The notes: generated by a model not told the origin, from the letters alone. Positions 36,880 through 50,300 are shown, counted from the first letter of the whole stretch. The stretch: 63,850 nt of DNA, filler included, from Octopus bimaculoides (GCF_001194135.2; 7 parts of 5 records of this genome joined end to end with filler, not necessarily neighbours in it); one strand, 5' to 3'. A program made the numbers and translations.

Positions 36880-38660
36880 TACGCCTTTAAGAAAAGATGA
36901 CCTGAACACTTTAAATAAGTATTAAGTCAAGAATCTACTACCGGTCCTGAAGTAATTAATGATGTCCTTCAGTGACCTAAAATTGAGAAACTTGCAGAAG
37001 ATCCCTCCTTTGAAGAGATAAGTATTGCTATTAAAAAACTTTCCAGTGGTAGATCTGGACGAGACGATATTCCTATAGAGGTGTACAAGCATGGTGGTAG
37101 ATAACTAGTAAGAAAGCTGCGCAAATTGATCTGTTTGATCTGGGAAGATGGATCTGTTCCGCCAACAGTTCAAATATGCATCTATAACGCATTTGAACAA
37201 ATTCAAAGGGAAGAAGAGTGCATGTGATAATCACAGTGGGATAAGTTCGTTGTGTATAGCTGGAAAACTTCTTGCGAGAGTGATCCTCACCGCATCAACA
37301 AAAATGTAGTAAACAGCATATATCCAGAATCCCAATGAGGATTTCGCGCTGGGAGAGGCACAGCTGGTATGATTTTTACCCATCAGCAAATTCAAGGGAA
37401 AACATGTGAGCAAAATACTGACTTGTACATAGTCTTTGTCGACTTGACCAAGGCCTTTGATACAATGAATCAAGGGGTACTATGGAAACATTTGTCAAAA
37501 GTTGGTCTTCCTGATAAGATGATAAGGGTAATAGTATCTTTGCACTAAAGAATGATGGCAACAGTAATATCTAGCATTCAATGTTCAGAGGCATTTTCTG
37601 TTGCCACTGGGCTGTGCTTTATCCCCTGCACATTTTACCATATCCTTTTCGGTGTTGGCCCAAAATGCTTTTAGGGGTTAACATGAAGGTGTAAAATTTC
37701 AGTTTCGCATAGAAGGGGGTCTACTAAAACAAAAAGAACAAAGTTTCAGATCAAAGAAAAGACCAAAGAAGAGATTTTACCTGATTTTTTTTATTTCCTG
37801 ATGCGAGCAGAATCGATTTCTCATACATTTGAGGGAATTCAGGTAACTGTCGACAGGTTTACTGCGGCAACTCGTACATTTGGAATGACTATCAGCATCA
37901 AAAAGACTGAAGTTTTATTCCAACCAAAGCCTGAGACAGAACATACTCAAGATTCAAATGTGATGATTGACAATAAGCCACTCACATAGGTCAAGTCATT
38001 TAAATGTCCTGGAAGTACAGTAGACTTTAACATTGCTCTTAACGAAATCAGCATTAGATTATCTAAGGCTACAGTTGTTCTTGGAAAACTTTCCCATCGT
38101 TTGTGGGATGAACACGGTTTCTTTCGGAAAACTAAAATAAGTGTATACACATCTTGTATATTCAGCACATTTTTGTATGGGGAAGAAGCATAGGCTTCCT
38201 ACTACAAATATATAGAGAAACTTAAAACCTTTTACATGTGCTCTCTGCGCAATATCTGCAACATAAAATGCCAAGATGTCAAATGTCAAAATCTTAAAAA
38301 ATACGATATTTCCAGTATCAAAAGCATGCAGTTAAGAATTCACTGCAGACGGGTAGGACACATTCGAAAGATGATCGCATTCCGAAAATTCTTTTGTATA
38401 GCCTACAAATAGAGGGGTGCCACAGTGAAGGAAAACCCATAAGTTGAAACAGTCGCTAAAATCCCTACAGCTTAATTCAACATCTTAGGAGTGGGGTAAA
38501 ATGTATCATGATGCATTAAATCAATTTGAGCTGAAGAAACAGAACAATAAAAGAATTATACCCTGCCATCAACAGACACATTTATCCACTCCCAGGCAAA
38601 ATCAAAACCATCAATTTCCTCATTCTAGCTTCATAGCAAAATTGCTTTCACGTATTCATT
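36880..38660 (+). mobile_element. RTE (BovB-like) LINE ORF2 remnant
   Basis: PSFEEISIAIKKL..GRDDIPIEVYKHGG, CDNHSGISSL.IAGKLLARV, PESQ*GFRAGRGT, VFVDLTKAFDT and FGMTISIKKTEVLFQP, with many stops. Confidence 0.85.
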
Positions 38661-39039
38661 GCTGATAGAAGCAACTTTTTTNNNNNNNNNNNNNNNNNNN
38701 NNNNNNNNNNNNNNNNNNNNNNNNNTTAATTAATTAANNNNNNNNNNNNNNNNNNNNNNNNNNNNNNNNNNNNNNNNNNNNGTATCTATGTTATGAAAAA
38801 TAGGTAAAGAATACTGAGATGAAAGTTTAATCTATGACGTTGTATGTATCACTTTCTCTCTCTCTCCCTCTCCCTTTTTTACTCTTACTCTCTATATTTT
38901 TATGTTGAGCGCGTGTGTAAGAATGGCGTTCCAGGTAGAAGGGATGAAATATAAAAGTTGCTAGAAACAACAGCCAAATCTCCCTTAAATCACACAAAGT
39001 AAACGGAATTTAAAAAATCTAATTACTGCACTGGAAAGT

Positions 39040-39162
39040 TCAGATCGAGAAAATTTCATTGATGTAAAAATTTTTACGAAAAAGTGGAAAATGTGGATTT
39101 CTATAAACTTTTAAAAAGGCTTCACACAGACACACAATTTCAGCTTTATATATTAAGATAAG
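39040..39162 (-). mobile_element. Possible non-autonomous Helitron 5' end
   Basis: Reverse strand TATCTTAATATATAAAGCTGAAATTGTGTGTCTGTGTG resembles Helitron-N 5' termini. No 3' CTRR end was identified. Confidence 0.35.
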
Positions 39163-39291
39163 TGTATATATACACACATGCACATGCACGCGCGCACGCA
39201 CGCACGCGCACACACAAACACACACACACACACACACATACACACACACGCACACGCACACGCACACATATATGTGTGTATGTACGTATGT

Positions 39292-39344
<53 letters not shown>

Positions 39345-39985
39345 CACATACATTTCCATAGAAGAAAGCATCTCTCACAATACTAGTTTCACTATATATA
39401 TACGTGAGTGTGTATGTGTGCGTGCTTACCAGTCATAATGTCCATAAAATAATATAAAATGAGATGGTGTTGATGATGATGATGATGATGGTTGTGGTAG
39501 TGGTGGTGGTGGCGGTGGTGCCACGTAATCAAATTTTGTCACATTCTTTAGCTATATTTTTTCTTCACCTAAGCACATATGTAGAGATTGTCTAAATTTA
39601 ACATTAATAACATTTTTTGTTACAACACTGAAATATAAAAAAGGATAATTAAAAAGATATTTAAAATACAGAGACGATGAAATAAGAAAATAATTCATAT
39701 TATAATAAAATTCTTTCTATAAATGAATAATAAAAAATGGTGCGATTAGCTGCCCACATATTTAATATATATTTTTCATTCGTTTTTGTGTGAATTTTTT
39801 TGCAATCCTCGATTTAGTTACACGTATATATACATGCATACATATATGTATGTACCTATGTATGTATGCATATATATGTGTATGCATATGTATGTGTGTG
39901 TGTGTGAGTGTGTGTGTGTATACATATACAAACATATACGTATACACGTAAATGGGATATAAACACACACACACACATATATAAT

Positions 39986-40066
39986 CAAATAAGTGACAAG
40001 GATGTCCAGGTATCAGCGCATTACGGACGTTTGCACTGATACCTGGACATCTTTATTACTTATTTG
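39986..40066. other. 81-nt hairpin (35-bp stem, 11-nt loop)
   Basis: CAAATAAGTGACAAGGATGTCCAGGTATCAGCGCA / TTACGGACGTT / TGCACTGATACCTGGACATCTTTATTACTTATTTG. On the plus strand it has 2 G:U pairs and 2 C:A mismatches. Confidence 0.85.
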
Positions 40067-40161
40067 CTTTTTATTCACCTAATTTCGAGCTGTGCGGACA
40101 ATACTAGACAGACTTGGTGCCTCAACTTAAGTGCCTAATTCAACTGAATCTCAGTTATTCC

Positions 40162-40192
<31 letters not shown>

Positions 40193-40310
40193 TATATAGA
40201 TATATGCATATATCCATACATATATGTACATACCTACATCTATATGTATACATACATGCATATATGGGTACAGGACATGCGTGCGTGCGTGCGTGTGTGT
40301 GTGTGTGTGT

Positions 40311-40354
<44 letters not shown>

Positions 40355-40659
40355 GAGTGTTTGTGTGTGGTTTTGTATACATATGTATGTATTAGCCTGT
40401 GGATAAATATACCTGTGTCCACGACAGTCTTCTTATACCCAAACAATAACTCTGTTCTTTTCCCTTAATTGCTTGTCACCTTTGGAGAAATTTTGATTGT
40501 TGAGATTATCTCCCTTTCCCCTATGGAGGTGGTCTTCATTGCCATTTGGTAATGGTGACACATGCTCTAGAGCATCTGATAATTCTAATACGTCAAGACT
40601 TTATATTGAATGTTGATATATGTGTATTTGTCTATGCTGTTCATTTCCAGGCAACTGGC

Positions 40660-40990
40660 CAGTAAGGCACATTACTCAATAGTTAGAGCGTCGGTCTTAC
40701 TATCATGTGGTAGTGAGTTCGATTCCTGGACTGGACTGGACTGGACTGTGGGTTGTGTTCTTGAGAAAGACACTATTTTCACTTTGCTCCCGTTCACTCA
40801 GCTGTAGAAATGCGTTGTGACGTCACTGGTACCAACCTGTACCGGCCTTGCCTTTCCCTTGGATATCATCGGTGGCGTGGAGAGGGACTGCTGGTCTTCC
40901 ATAAACAACCTTGCATGGCCTTGTGCTTCGGAGGGGAACTTTCTAGGTGCAATTCCATAGTCATTCATGACCGAAGGATGTCTTTACCCT
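40660..40990 (+). mobile_element. tRNA-derived SINE (family M head, tail as at 7170)
   Basis: GAGTTCGATTCC B box, TTGTGTTCTTGAGAAAGACAC...CACTCAGCTG centre, AACTTTCTAGGTGCAAT tail. Confidence 0.7.
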
Positions 40991-40993
40991 TGC

Positions 40994-41032
<39 letters not shown>

Positions 41033-41458
41033 GGATAAAATCATTAAAAAATTATGATTTTATCAGTGGCCAGCATATAATAAAAACCATATAGGTAGAA
41101 TCAATATGTAAATATGTAATTATATAGATATAATTATAATTAAGANNNNNNNNNNNNNNNNNNNNNNNNNNNNNNNNNNNNNNNNNNNNNNNNNNNNNNN
41201 NNNNNNNNNNNNNNNNNNNNNNNNNNNNNNNNNNNNNNNNNNNNNNNNNNNNNNNNNNNNNNNNNNNNNNNNNNNNNNNNNNNNNNNNNNNNNNNNNNNN
41301 NNNNNNNNNNNNNNNNNNNNNNNNNNNNNNNNNNNNNNNNNNNNNNNNNNNNNNNNNNNNNNNNNNNNNNNNNNNNNNNNNNNNNNNNNNNNNNNNNNNN
41401 NNNNNNNNNNNNNNNNNNNNNNNNNNNNNNNNNNNNNNNNNNNTATATATATATATAT

Positions 41459-41741
41459 ATATTCAAATTGAGGGAACGGAGCAAGTAAAATCTAGTTCAC
41501 ATATGTTTCCTAAATAGCAGATTCTCTGATGTAATAATTACTCAACGAGGCGTACTGTTATTTCAAATTACATCTTTGGCGAGTTAACGACAATGTAACC
41601 TTCATATGATTCAGGTATCTTTGGCTTGATGAGTAGATAGTTATGTACCCTCGTAGACTAATTATTAAATCAGAGGATCTGCTAGGTAGAGAAGATATGT
41701 AACGAGGATTTTGGTTGCTCCATTCCCTCAATTTGGATATT
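41459..41741. mobile_element. MITE with about 100-bp diverged terminal inverted repeats
   Basis: ATATTCAAATTGAGGGAA...GAGGCGTAC (41459-41555) versus GTACCCTCG...TCCCTCAATTTGGATAT (41645-41740). Left flank is (TA)n. Confidence 0.7.
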
Positions 41742-41867
41742 TATTTATTCGTATTCCTAGCAACTTAAGTTGCTAACTGTGGGATATTACAAATAATTCA
41801 GCTTATCGAACTTCGATGTGGAAAAAGCCTACAACTTTCGACGCCGATAGATAGATAGATAAATACT

Positions 41868-42090
41868 AGGCGCATGTCCCTGTGTTTAGGGTGTTGCATC
41901 CACGATCGTAAGATTGTGGTTTCGATTTCCAGATCCCCGGTATGTTATGTTATTGAGCAAAACCCTTCATTTCACGTTGCTTCAGTTCATTTGGCTATCA
42001 GTGCGACGAGCTAGCGTTCGAAAGCTAGAACAGTGTGAAAAGGCGCATTGTGACCAGCGGTGTGTAACACAATCCGATAGTCTGATCGAT
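41868..42090 (+). mobile_element. tRNA-derived SINE (family M head, another tail)
   Basis: AGGCGCATGTCCC...GGTTTCGATTTCC...ATTGAGCAAAACCCTTCATTTCACGTTGC. Confidence 0.55.
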
Positions 42091-42398
42091 ACAGTAATAT
42101 AGATATGTTAATATATGTGTATGGGTGTATGTAATGTCTATGTCTATACACATATACTGTTTAAAATATTGAGTTGACCTACAACTTATTGAACGAGATT
42201 CCTTAATTCATCGCAAAGTTGCTATATATCTTCTCAATTCATTTCAATATATTTAAGTATATAAACGTGTGAGTGTAGATGAATATAAGTTTGTATGCGT
42301 AAATATAAATATATGTAGATATTGTGTGTGTACAAATGTATATATATATATATATGTACACACACACATGAATGTATACTCACACATCACAAACACAC

Positions 42399-42434
<36 letters not shown>

Positions 42435-42974
42435 ACGCGTGTGCGTGCGTGTGTGTGTCGGTGTCTATGTCTGTCTGTCTGTCTGTATGTCTGTCTGTCT
42501 GTATGTCTGTGAGTCTGTGTATGTCTGTGAGTGTGTGCGTGTGTTAGTCTGTGTGTTACAAAAAATATTTTATCTTTGATATGAATGAAGATTTCACAAC
42601 GTACAAACATTGATACACATACGTGACACAGAAACTAAAGGTAGTATTTTGTTATCAATGAGAGCCATATGAAAAACAAAGTCCTATCATGACACCTGAA
42701 ACATAATTAAACTGTATGTACGTACGTATGTGTGTGTGTGTCTGTTTGTGTGTGTATGTATATATACATATATATGTATATGCGTTTTCGTGTAATGTAT
42801 GTATGTACGTATTAATTAATGAATTGTAAAGAGTGTCAAAATAGGTTTTACGTCGTGCCAGCATTATCTTGTATGGAACTTAGTATCTCTTGTGGTTTAT
42901 GATTTTATAATTGATATATAAAAAGTTGAGAGTTTGCTATGAGTACCATCCCGGCCAGGGCTTTTCGTGACATT

Positions 42975-43023
<49 letters not shown>

Positions 43024-43049
43024 TGTGTAATATGTGTATATATATGCGC

Positions 43050-43087
<38 letters not shown>

Positions 43088-43118
43088 CATCTATCAATAC
43101 ACACACACGCGCACATAC

Positions 43119-43161
<43 letters not shown>

Positions 43162-43720
43162 NNNNNNNNNNNNNNNNNNNNNNNNNNNNNNNNNNNNNNN
43201 NNNNNNNNNNNNNNNNNNNNNNNNNNNNNNNNNNNNNNNNNNNNNNNNNNNNNNNNNNNNNNNNNNNNNNNNNNNNNNNNNNNNNNNNNNNNNNNNNNNN
43301 NNNNNNNNNNNNNNNNNNNNNNNNNNNNNNNNNNNNNNNNNNNNNNNNNNNNNNNNNNNNNNNNNNNNNNNNNNNNNNNNNNNNNNNNNNNNNNNNNNNN
43401 NNNNNNNNNNNNNNNNNNNNNNNNNNNNNNNNNNNNNNNNNNNNNNNNNNNNNNNNNNNNNNNNNNNNNNNNNNNNNNNNNNNNNNNNNNNNNNNNNNNN
43501 NNNNNNNNNNNNNNNNNNNNNNNNNNNNNNNNNNNNNNNNNNNNNNNNNNNNNNNNNNNNNNNNNNNNNNNNNNNNNNNNNNNNNNNNNNNNNNNNNNNN
43601 NNNNNNNNNNNNNNNNNNNNNNNNNNNNNNNNNNNNNNNNNNNNNNNNNNNNNNNNNNNNNNNNNNNNNNNNNNNNNNNNNNNNNNNNNNNNNNNNNNNN
43701 NNNNNNNNNNNNNNNTATAT

Positions 43721-43885
43721 ACGACCGACTTCTTTCAGTTTATGTCTACCAAATCCACTCACAAGGCTTTGGTCGGCCCGAGGCTATAGTAGAAGGCACT
43801 TGCCCAAGATGCTATGAAGTGGGACTGAACCCAGAACCATGTGGTCGGTAAGCAAGCTACTTACCACACAGCTACTCCTGCGCCT
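43721..43885 (-). mobile_element. SINE family A 5' half
   Basis: Reverse complement of 14644-14810 with high similarity. Confidence 0.85.
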
Positions 43886-43994
43886 ATATATATTGGAAGA
43901 TACAAGAAAATTTATTGATCACAACAATTGTTTCGACCCACGGGTTGGAAGCTGAACTTCTGGAATAGGTCTGTCCGTCGCTGTAGGTGTGTTT

Positions 43995-45054
43995 GCTCAG
44001 GTGATTACAAAATGTATCCCGTCAGAATAACGTTCTGCGAGATTTCTTCTCGGTATTTGTATGTCTCTTCTATTTTTTAATTATTATAAATCTTCCACCG
44101 AGGAGGAAGCCGGTTTCCAACAAAGATACAAGGTTCCATCTTTGGGATGTAGTTAACACAGACAAATTCACATTTGGAACTTGAGAAAAGTCTTGCATAT
44201 TTTTACTGTTCCACTCACAGATTTCACTTGTGATATACGAATTAGCCGGTCGATTTCTCTTTCTGAAAATCACAGTTTATCCAGATTCTCCTTCAAGCAT
44301 TTACTAACAAAACCTAGTGCTCCAATTATTATTAGTATGAATATGAATTCATAGTCTGGATACAGAAGCTGAGGTTTCGAAGCAGTTGTTCATAGATATC
44401 CACTTTTTCTTTGATTTTCAAAGAGATATTTATATCTGCAGAGCAGCTGACCTCTATGATGGTACATACCTTTGCCTCTCTGTCCCAAACAACAATATCC
44501 GGAGTGTTATGTTTACGTTTGATAGAAGCTTTGATGGGAATATTCCACCAGTATTCTTAGAGTTGGTGTTTATGAATGTATTTCATAACAGAAGGATTTT
44601 CTAAGTTTATTTCAGGACAAACTTTTTTAGGGATGGCATTGTGAATTGTTTTAGTAACAACATCGTGCCGCATAGGGAGGTAGTACCGTATCGACATTTT
44701 AGAACAGTTGCTTATCACATGCAGAAACATGACGTAGTCTACACATGCGGTTGTACCTTGGAATTACAAGAGCGTTACTGTCTCTCTTGTTCACCGGGTA
44801 CTTTGTAGCAATCTCCTGTTCCTGGATTGCAAATGCATAGTCTTCAAAATGTGATGTAATATAGCGGTCTTGTGTCCAAGAGGGGCTACGCTTCGTATCG
44901 ATTCTACTGTCTTCTTCAAGCTTCCGGGCAACATACCCATGCATAGTCTTTCAATCCAGGTCTTCTCAGAGGTAAGAGAGCACAGCGATTTTGGGAAGAG
45001 AGAGCTTCTTGAGGAGCTCACTGCCAACTCGTACAATGTTGCTCACTTTAGATT
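43995..45054 (-). mobile_element. 5'-truncated RLE-bearing LINE (R4/Dong-like) with a putative 23-bp TSD
   Basis: Reverse strand YITSHFEDYAFAIQEQEIATKY, a MCRL Zn-knuckle, and the RLE motif WWNIPIKASIKRKHNTPDIVVWDREAKVCTIIEVSC...IIIGALG. Flanked by TGTCCGTCG(C/A)TGTAGGTGTGTTT at 43972-43994 and 45055-45077. Confidence 0.85.
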
Positions 45055-45077
45055 TGTCCGTCGATGTAGGTGTGTTT

Positions 45078-45240
45078 ATGTATGTATGTATGTATGTATG
45101 TATGTATGTACGTATGTACGTACGTATGTATGTATGTATGTATGTATGTATGTATGTATGTATGTATGTATGTATGTACGCATGTACGTACGTACGTATG
45201 TATGTATGTATGTATGTATGTATGTATACGCATACATACA
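45078..45240. repeat. (TATG)n/(TACG)n microsatellite
   Basis: Direct reading. Confidence 0.95.
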
Positions 45241-45867
45241 TAATATATACATACACGCAAGATGTATTCTGTTGTGTACCTCGGGTTTAAGCATCATCGA
45301 ACAGACATCTGTTTTGTCCTTCGTCACAATGTATCTTAGACTAAATTATNNNNNNNNNNNNNNNNNNNNNNNNNNNNNNNNNNNNNNNNNNNNNNNNNNN
45401 NNNNNNNNNNNNNNNNNNNNNNNNNNNNNNNNNNNNNNNNNNNNNNNNNNNNNNNNNNNNNNNNNNNNNNNNNNNNNNNNNNNNNNNNNNNNNNNNNNNN
45501 NNNNNNNNNNNNNNNNNNNNNNNNNNNNNNNNNNNNNNNNNNNNNNNNNNNNNNNNNNNNNNNNNNNNNNNNNNNNNNNNNNNNNNNNNNNNNNNNNNNN
45601 NNNNNNNNNNNNNNNNNNNNNNNNNNNNNNNNNNNNNNNNNNNNNNNNNNNNNNNNNNNNNNNNNNNNNNNNNNNNNNNNNNNNNNNNNNNNNNNNNNNN
45701 NNNNNNNNNNNNNNNNNNNNNNNNNNNNNNNNNNNNNNNNNNNNNNNNNNNNNNNNNNNNNNNNNNNNNNNNNNNNNNNNNNNNNNNNNNNNNNNNNNNN
45801 NNNNNNNNNNNNNNNNNNNNNNNNNNNNNNNNNNNNNNNNNNNNNNNNNNNNNNNNNNNNNNNNNNN

Positions 45868-45925
<58 letters not shown>

Positions 45926-46029
45926 AGAGAGTTTGTGAGTGAGAAAGAAGGAGAGTGAAGTTTTAGAGACACAAAACTAAAAACAAAACAAGGGGCGCAG
46001 TTCGAGATAAGTGAATGAACATAGGCAGA

Positions 46030-46250
46030 AAAGTGTGGATTACAGACAGACAAAGTCAGAGACAGAGATAGAAACAGACAGAGAGAGCGAGAGAAAGAGA
46101 CAGACAGACAGAGAGAGACAGAGAGAGACAGAGACAGAAACAGACAAAGAGAGCAAGAGAAAGAGACAGACAGACAGAGAGAGACAGACAGAGACAGACA
46201 GAGACAGAGACAGAAACAGACAGACAGATAGACCGACAGAGAGACAGATT
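46030..46250. repeat. Compound GACA/GAGA purine-rich microsatellite
   Basis: Direct reading; source of the SLSL and RQTD ORFs. Confidence 0.9.
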
Positions 46251-46545
46251 GATAAAAACGAAGGGAAAATCGCTGTGTCACAAGAGCGATAGAAAAGTGT
46301 GACTGAAAGTAGGAAAGTGAAAGAAAGATTATGAGGGAGAGAGAAAGAGAAAGACAGAGAGAGAGACTGGAAGAAAAGCTAGATATGAAAGAAGGATGTG
46401 TGAGAGTGAAAGAGAACTGCGGAAGAGTAAGCTCAGATAAAATAGTGTGTGGGAGAGGGGATGTAAGAGATAAAAGATGATAGGAACCACACTGGTTAGG
46501 AAGATTCAAATAGAGATATTGTATCAGCAGAATACTAGTTTAACC

Positions 46546-46865
46546 CAGGGCTTCTCAAACTATCTGATGTGCCGTAGCGGCAGTTTTGGGGAGGTTTTTT
46601 TCCTATGTGCCTGGACCAGTAATATTTCTTAGTAATATTAATTTATACCGGAGACAATATATATAATGGATATAAAAACAGTTGACAATTTTTTTAATCT
46701 TATATTTGTTTTGTAAACAAATAATACAATATTACATAAGCATTTTACAAGCATTTAATAATCATGTTGTAATGTTTCTTTCCTTACTGGAAACTCGCCG
46801 CGTACAGGTAGCTGATGGCTCGCGGACCGGCAACAGTCCGCGGACCACCACTTTGAGTAGCACTG
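46546..46865 (+). mobile_element. hAT Charlie/Buster-like MITE, complete (320 bp)
   Basis: 16-bp imperfect TIRs CAGGGCTTCTCAAACT / ACTTTGAGTAGCACTG. Perfect 8-bp TSD GTTTAACC (46538-46545 and 46866-46873) with a central TA. Confidence 0.9.
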
Positions 46866-47319
46866 GTTTAACCCATTAACTGCCAAGTTCTTTTATTCAT
46901 ATTTTTGGGCTTTGCCAGATGTCTTAGGAGTTAAAATAATATATAGTATTCAAAGTTTCTTCATATGTAAATTATTTTGGAAATTATGATAAATTTTTCG
47001 AAAATTCCCAAATGTGGCTCGCCGAAAAAATGTATATTTATCCTTTTCTTTTCTATTTAATTCCAATAATAAATATTTTAGGTTTTTTTTTTTTTTTTTT
47101 TGAAACTATAGTATCAAATACGAATGCGTATGAAATATCAATGAATGATATAGATAGGAAATGCAAAAGTGAAAAAGTTTTCAAAACAGTCAATATTTTT
47201 CTAGCTCAAATATTGCGATTTATGACATGAAATGTCCTCTAGAATTAGCCAGAGCTAAAAATGATAAACTGTAACTACTAAATATTGTTAAACACACCTC
47301 TGCAAATGCAATGTACGTC

Positions 47320-47720
47320 AGGCGTAGGAGTGGCTGTGTGGTAAGCAGCTTGCTTACCAACCACATGGTTCCGGGTTCAGTCCCACGGCGTGACACCTTG
47401 GGCAAATGTCTTCTACTCTAGCCTCGGGCCGACCAAAGCCTTATGGGTGGATTTGGTAGACGGAAACTCAAAGAAGCCCGTCGTATATATGTATATGTAT
47501 GTGTGTGTGTATATGTTTGTGTGTCTGTGTTTTTCCCCCCAACATCGCTTGACAACAGATGCTGGTGTGTTTACGTCCCCGTAACTTAGTGGTTCGGCAA
47601 AATAGACCGATAGAATAAGTACTAGGCTTACGAAGAATATGTCCTGGGGTCGATTTGCTCGACTAAAGGCGGTGCTCCAGCATGGCCACAGTCAAATGAC
47701 TGAAACAAGTAAAAGAGTAA
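47320..47720 (+). mobile_element. SINE family A, full length
   Basis: Colinear with 14644-15078; CpGs retained. Confidence 0.9.
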
Positions 47721-47856
47721 GCAATTCACTTTAAACACAAGGAACAACCGACAGTGNNNNNNNNNNNNNNNNNNNNNNNNNNNNNNNNNNNNNNNNNNNN
47801 TTAATTAATTAANNNNNNNNNNNNNNNNNNNNNNNNNNNNNNNNNNNNNNNNNNNN

Positions 47857-47890
<34 letters not shown>

Positions 47891-49129
47891 TAGAGCAAAC
47901 CACCAATAGGCCATTGTCAGAGTCTCTATACAGTCACTTACCCTGTTAGAAATAGCAGCCAGATCTCACCTTACAGCCTTAAGAAAATGATGGAAATTCA
48001 TGTAGTCTGATAACGTAGTCTGAGATACACTGATAGAAAAGATGAGATGGTCACGGTTGGAACATCTTTAATAACAGTTCTGTTCTTCAACGAGGACCAG
48101 TAGCTATACAACAATAAGCCTAGCTACAACAATGATAGCAGTTGCAAAAGCAACAAAAGATTTTCACATTATTTTCCCTCAATACCTATATGATATTCTA
48201 CAGACACACACATGCATGCACAAAAATGCAAAGAATCTCATGATTTTATTTTACTTTCACCAGGAAAAGAATTTTAATGTTTGTTTTAGAAATAATTAAA
48301 ATTGCAAAAGCAAAAAGAAAAAAAAATTCTTTAAAAAAATGTTTCTTTGTTTCTAAGTTAAACTAGTGATTAAATTCCAGCAGAGCAGCAGATATTGGTC
48401 CATTCCATGTCATTTTAATTATTATTTAATTGGCCCTTAACCATTCCACCTTATTCACTATGGCTCTGGGTCTTCACTTAGATCACTAACACCCTTACAT
48501 TTTCTCTCCCTAAATATTTCATGTCTAGAAAGCCTACCTTTAGTTTGCGCTTGTGGACTAGCTACACTTTGGTAGCTACTTATAACTAAGTAAACCAGGC
48601 TGCAGACTGTTAGATATCTCTGCTATGAACACTGCACAGGGAACTACATCATACAGTGGTACCTGCTTACAAGGTGAACTTGGCTGGTAACAGTTTGCTT
48701 GATTATGGACACAGTACAGTAAATTATACCATTTAGTAATATCTACTAACAGTTAAATTGACTGAACTGTTAACAGGTGTCTTGGCTGTGGACACATTGC
48801 AGTGAACAATACTGTATAGTGATATCCACTTGCAGTTAAGTGAACAGGTCTACTAATACAGTCCAGTGAACTGTACTACTATGTAATAATAATAATGAGA
48901 ATAATAGTTTCAATTCTTGGCACAAGGCCAGCAATTTTAGTGAGAGAGGTTAAGTTGTTTATATCAACCCTAGTGCTCAATTGGTACTTATTTTATCGAA
49001 TCTGAAAGGATAAAAGCAAAGTCAACCTTGATGGATTTTTTAACTCATAGCATAAAGAGTAGGAAGAAATTCCACAAACCATTTTGCCCAATATGCTAAC
49101 TTTCCATCATCATCATCATAATAATAATA

Positions 49130-49345
49130 ATGGTTTCAAATTTTGCCACAAGGGTAGCAATTTTGGGGGAGGAGATGAGTCGATTACACTGACCCCGTCT
49201 TCGACTGGTACTTATTTTATCAACGCCGAAAAGATGAAAGGCAAAGTCAACCTCGGCGGAATTTGAACTCAGAATATAGCAGCAGACAAAATACTGCTAA
49301 GCATTTTGCCCAGCATGCTAATGATTCTGCCAGCTCACTGCCTTA
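49130..49345 (-). mobile_element. SINE family B variant
   Basis: CTGGTACTTATTTTATC...GATGAAAGGCAAAGTCAACCTCGGCGGAATTTGAACTCAG...CTGCCAGCTCACTGCCTT. Confidence 0.75.
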
Positions 49346-50247
49346 CTCATCATCATTATTATTATTATTATTATTATTATTAATAATAATAATAATAATA
49401 ATAGTAATAATAATAATAATAATAGTACAGTACTGTGTTTGAAAAACATTGAAAAAAGCAATACGGTAGACAATTACAAGCCAATATCCTGTCTACCACT
49501 ACCATTCAGTCATATTACAGCCAAACCAAATGGCTCTGAACTTTGGTACAAAATTATGCATTCTTGGAGGTGTATAGTCGATTTAAAAGAACCTAATATA
49601 CAACTGGTACTTATTTTACCAACCCCAGAAGAAAGAGAGGCAAAGGTATACCATTACAATGAAAATAGTTTCAACTGGTACTTATTCTATTGACCCTGAA
49701 AGAATTAAAGGCAAAGTCAACCTTGGAGCATGACTGCAATCCTCAGACCTATTGGATCCTGTCAAACCATCCAACCCATGCTAGCATAGAAGATGGGCAT
49801 TGAAAGATAATGATGATAATTATGTTTAAAGCTTGAAATTTTTGAGTAAGATAATTACATCAAATCAGTATTTTACCAAAATTTATTTTCTCAATTTCAA
49901 ATAGATGCAAGTTAAAGTTGAATAGTAGCAGTAATTGAACACAAAACATAAAAGGATGTAACTAAAAATTGCCAGGCATTTAGTTCAGCATTCTTGCCAT
50001 CTACCATCCAAAGCGCTCTATATAAAAGACAAAATGATGTGCTTTGTGTGTGTTTTTTTAATTGGTTTCTGTCACAGTTTAGGAATGTCAGTTGAAGTAG
50101 GGGGTGACATACTGAGTAAAAGAGAGAGAGAGAGAGAGTGGGGAGAGAAATGGAAAGTGAGTTAAAGGGAGAGGTGAGTGTTGTAAACTTGTTTCATCTT
50201 CACATATTGTCATGCCTGTGAGAAGCAATAGATAGACACAAACAAAC

Positions 50248-50300
<53 letters not shown>

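Noticed and set aside
43912-44006. Minus-strand ATCAC-CTGAGCA...GGTC-GAAAC-AATT-GTT-GTGAT hammerhead-like fold
   Set aside because: The core is CTGAGCA (G8 lost), and the two halves lie on opposite sides of the putative LINE TSD, so the pairing may be coincidental.
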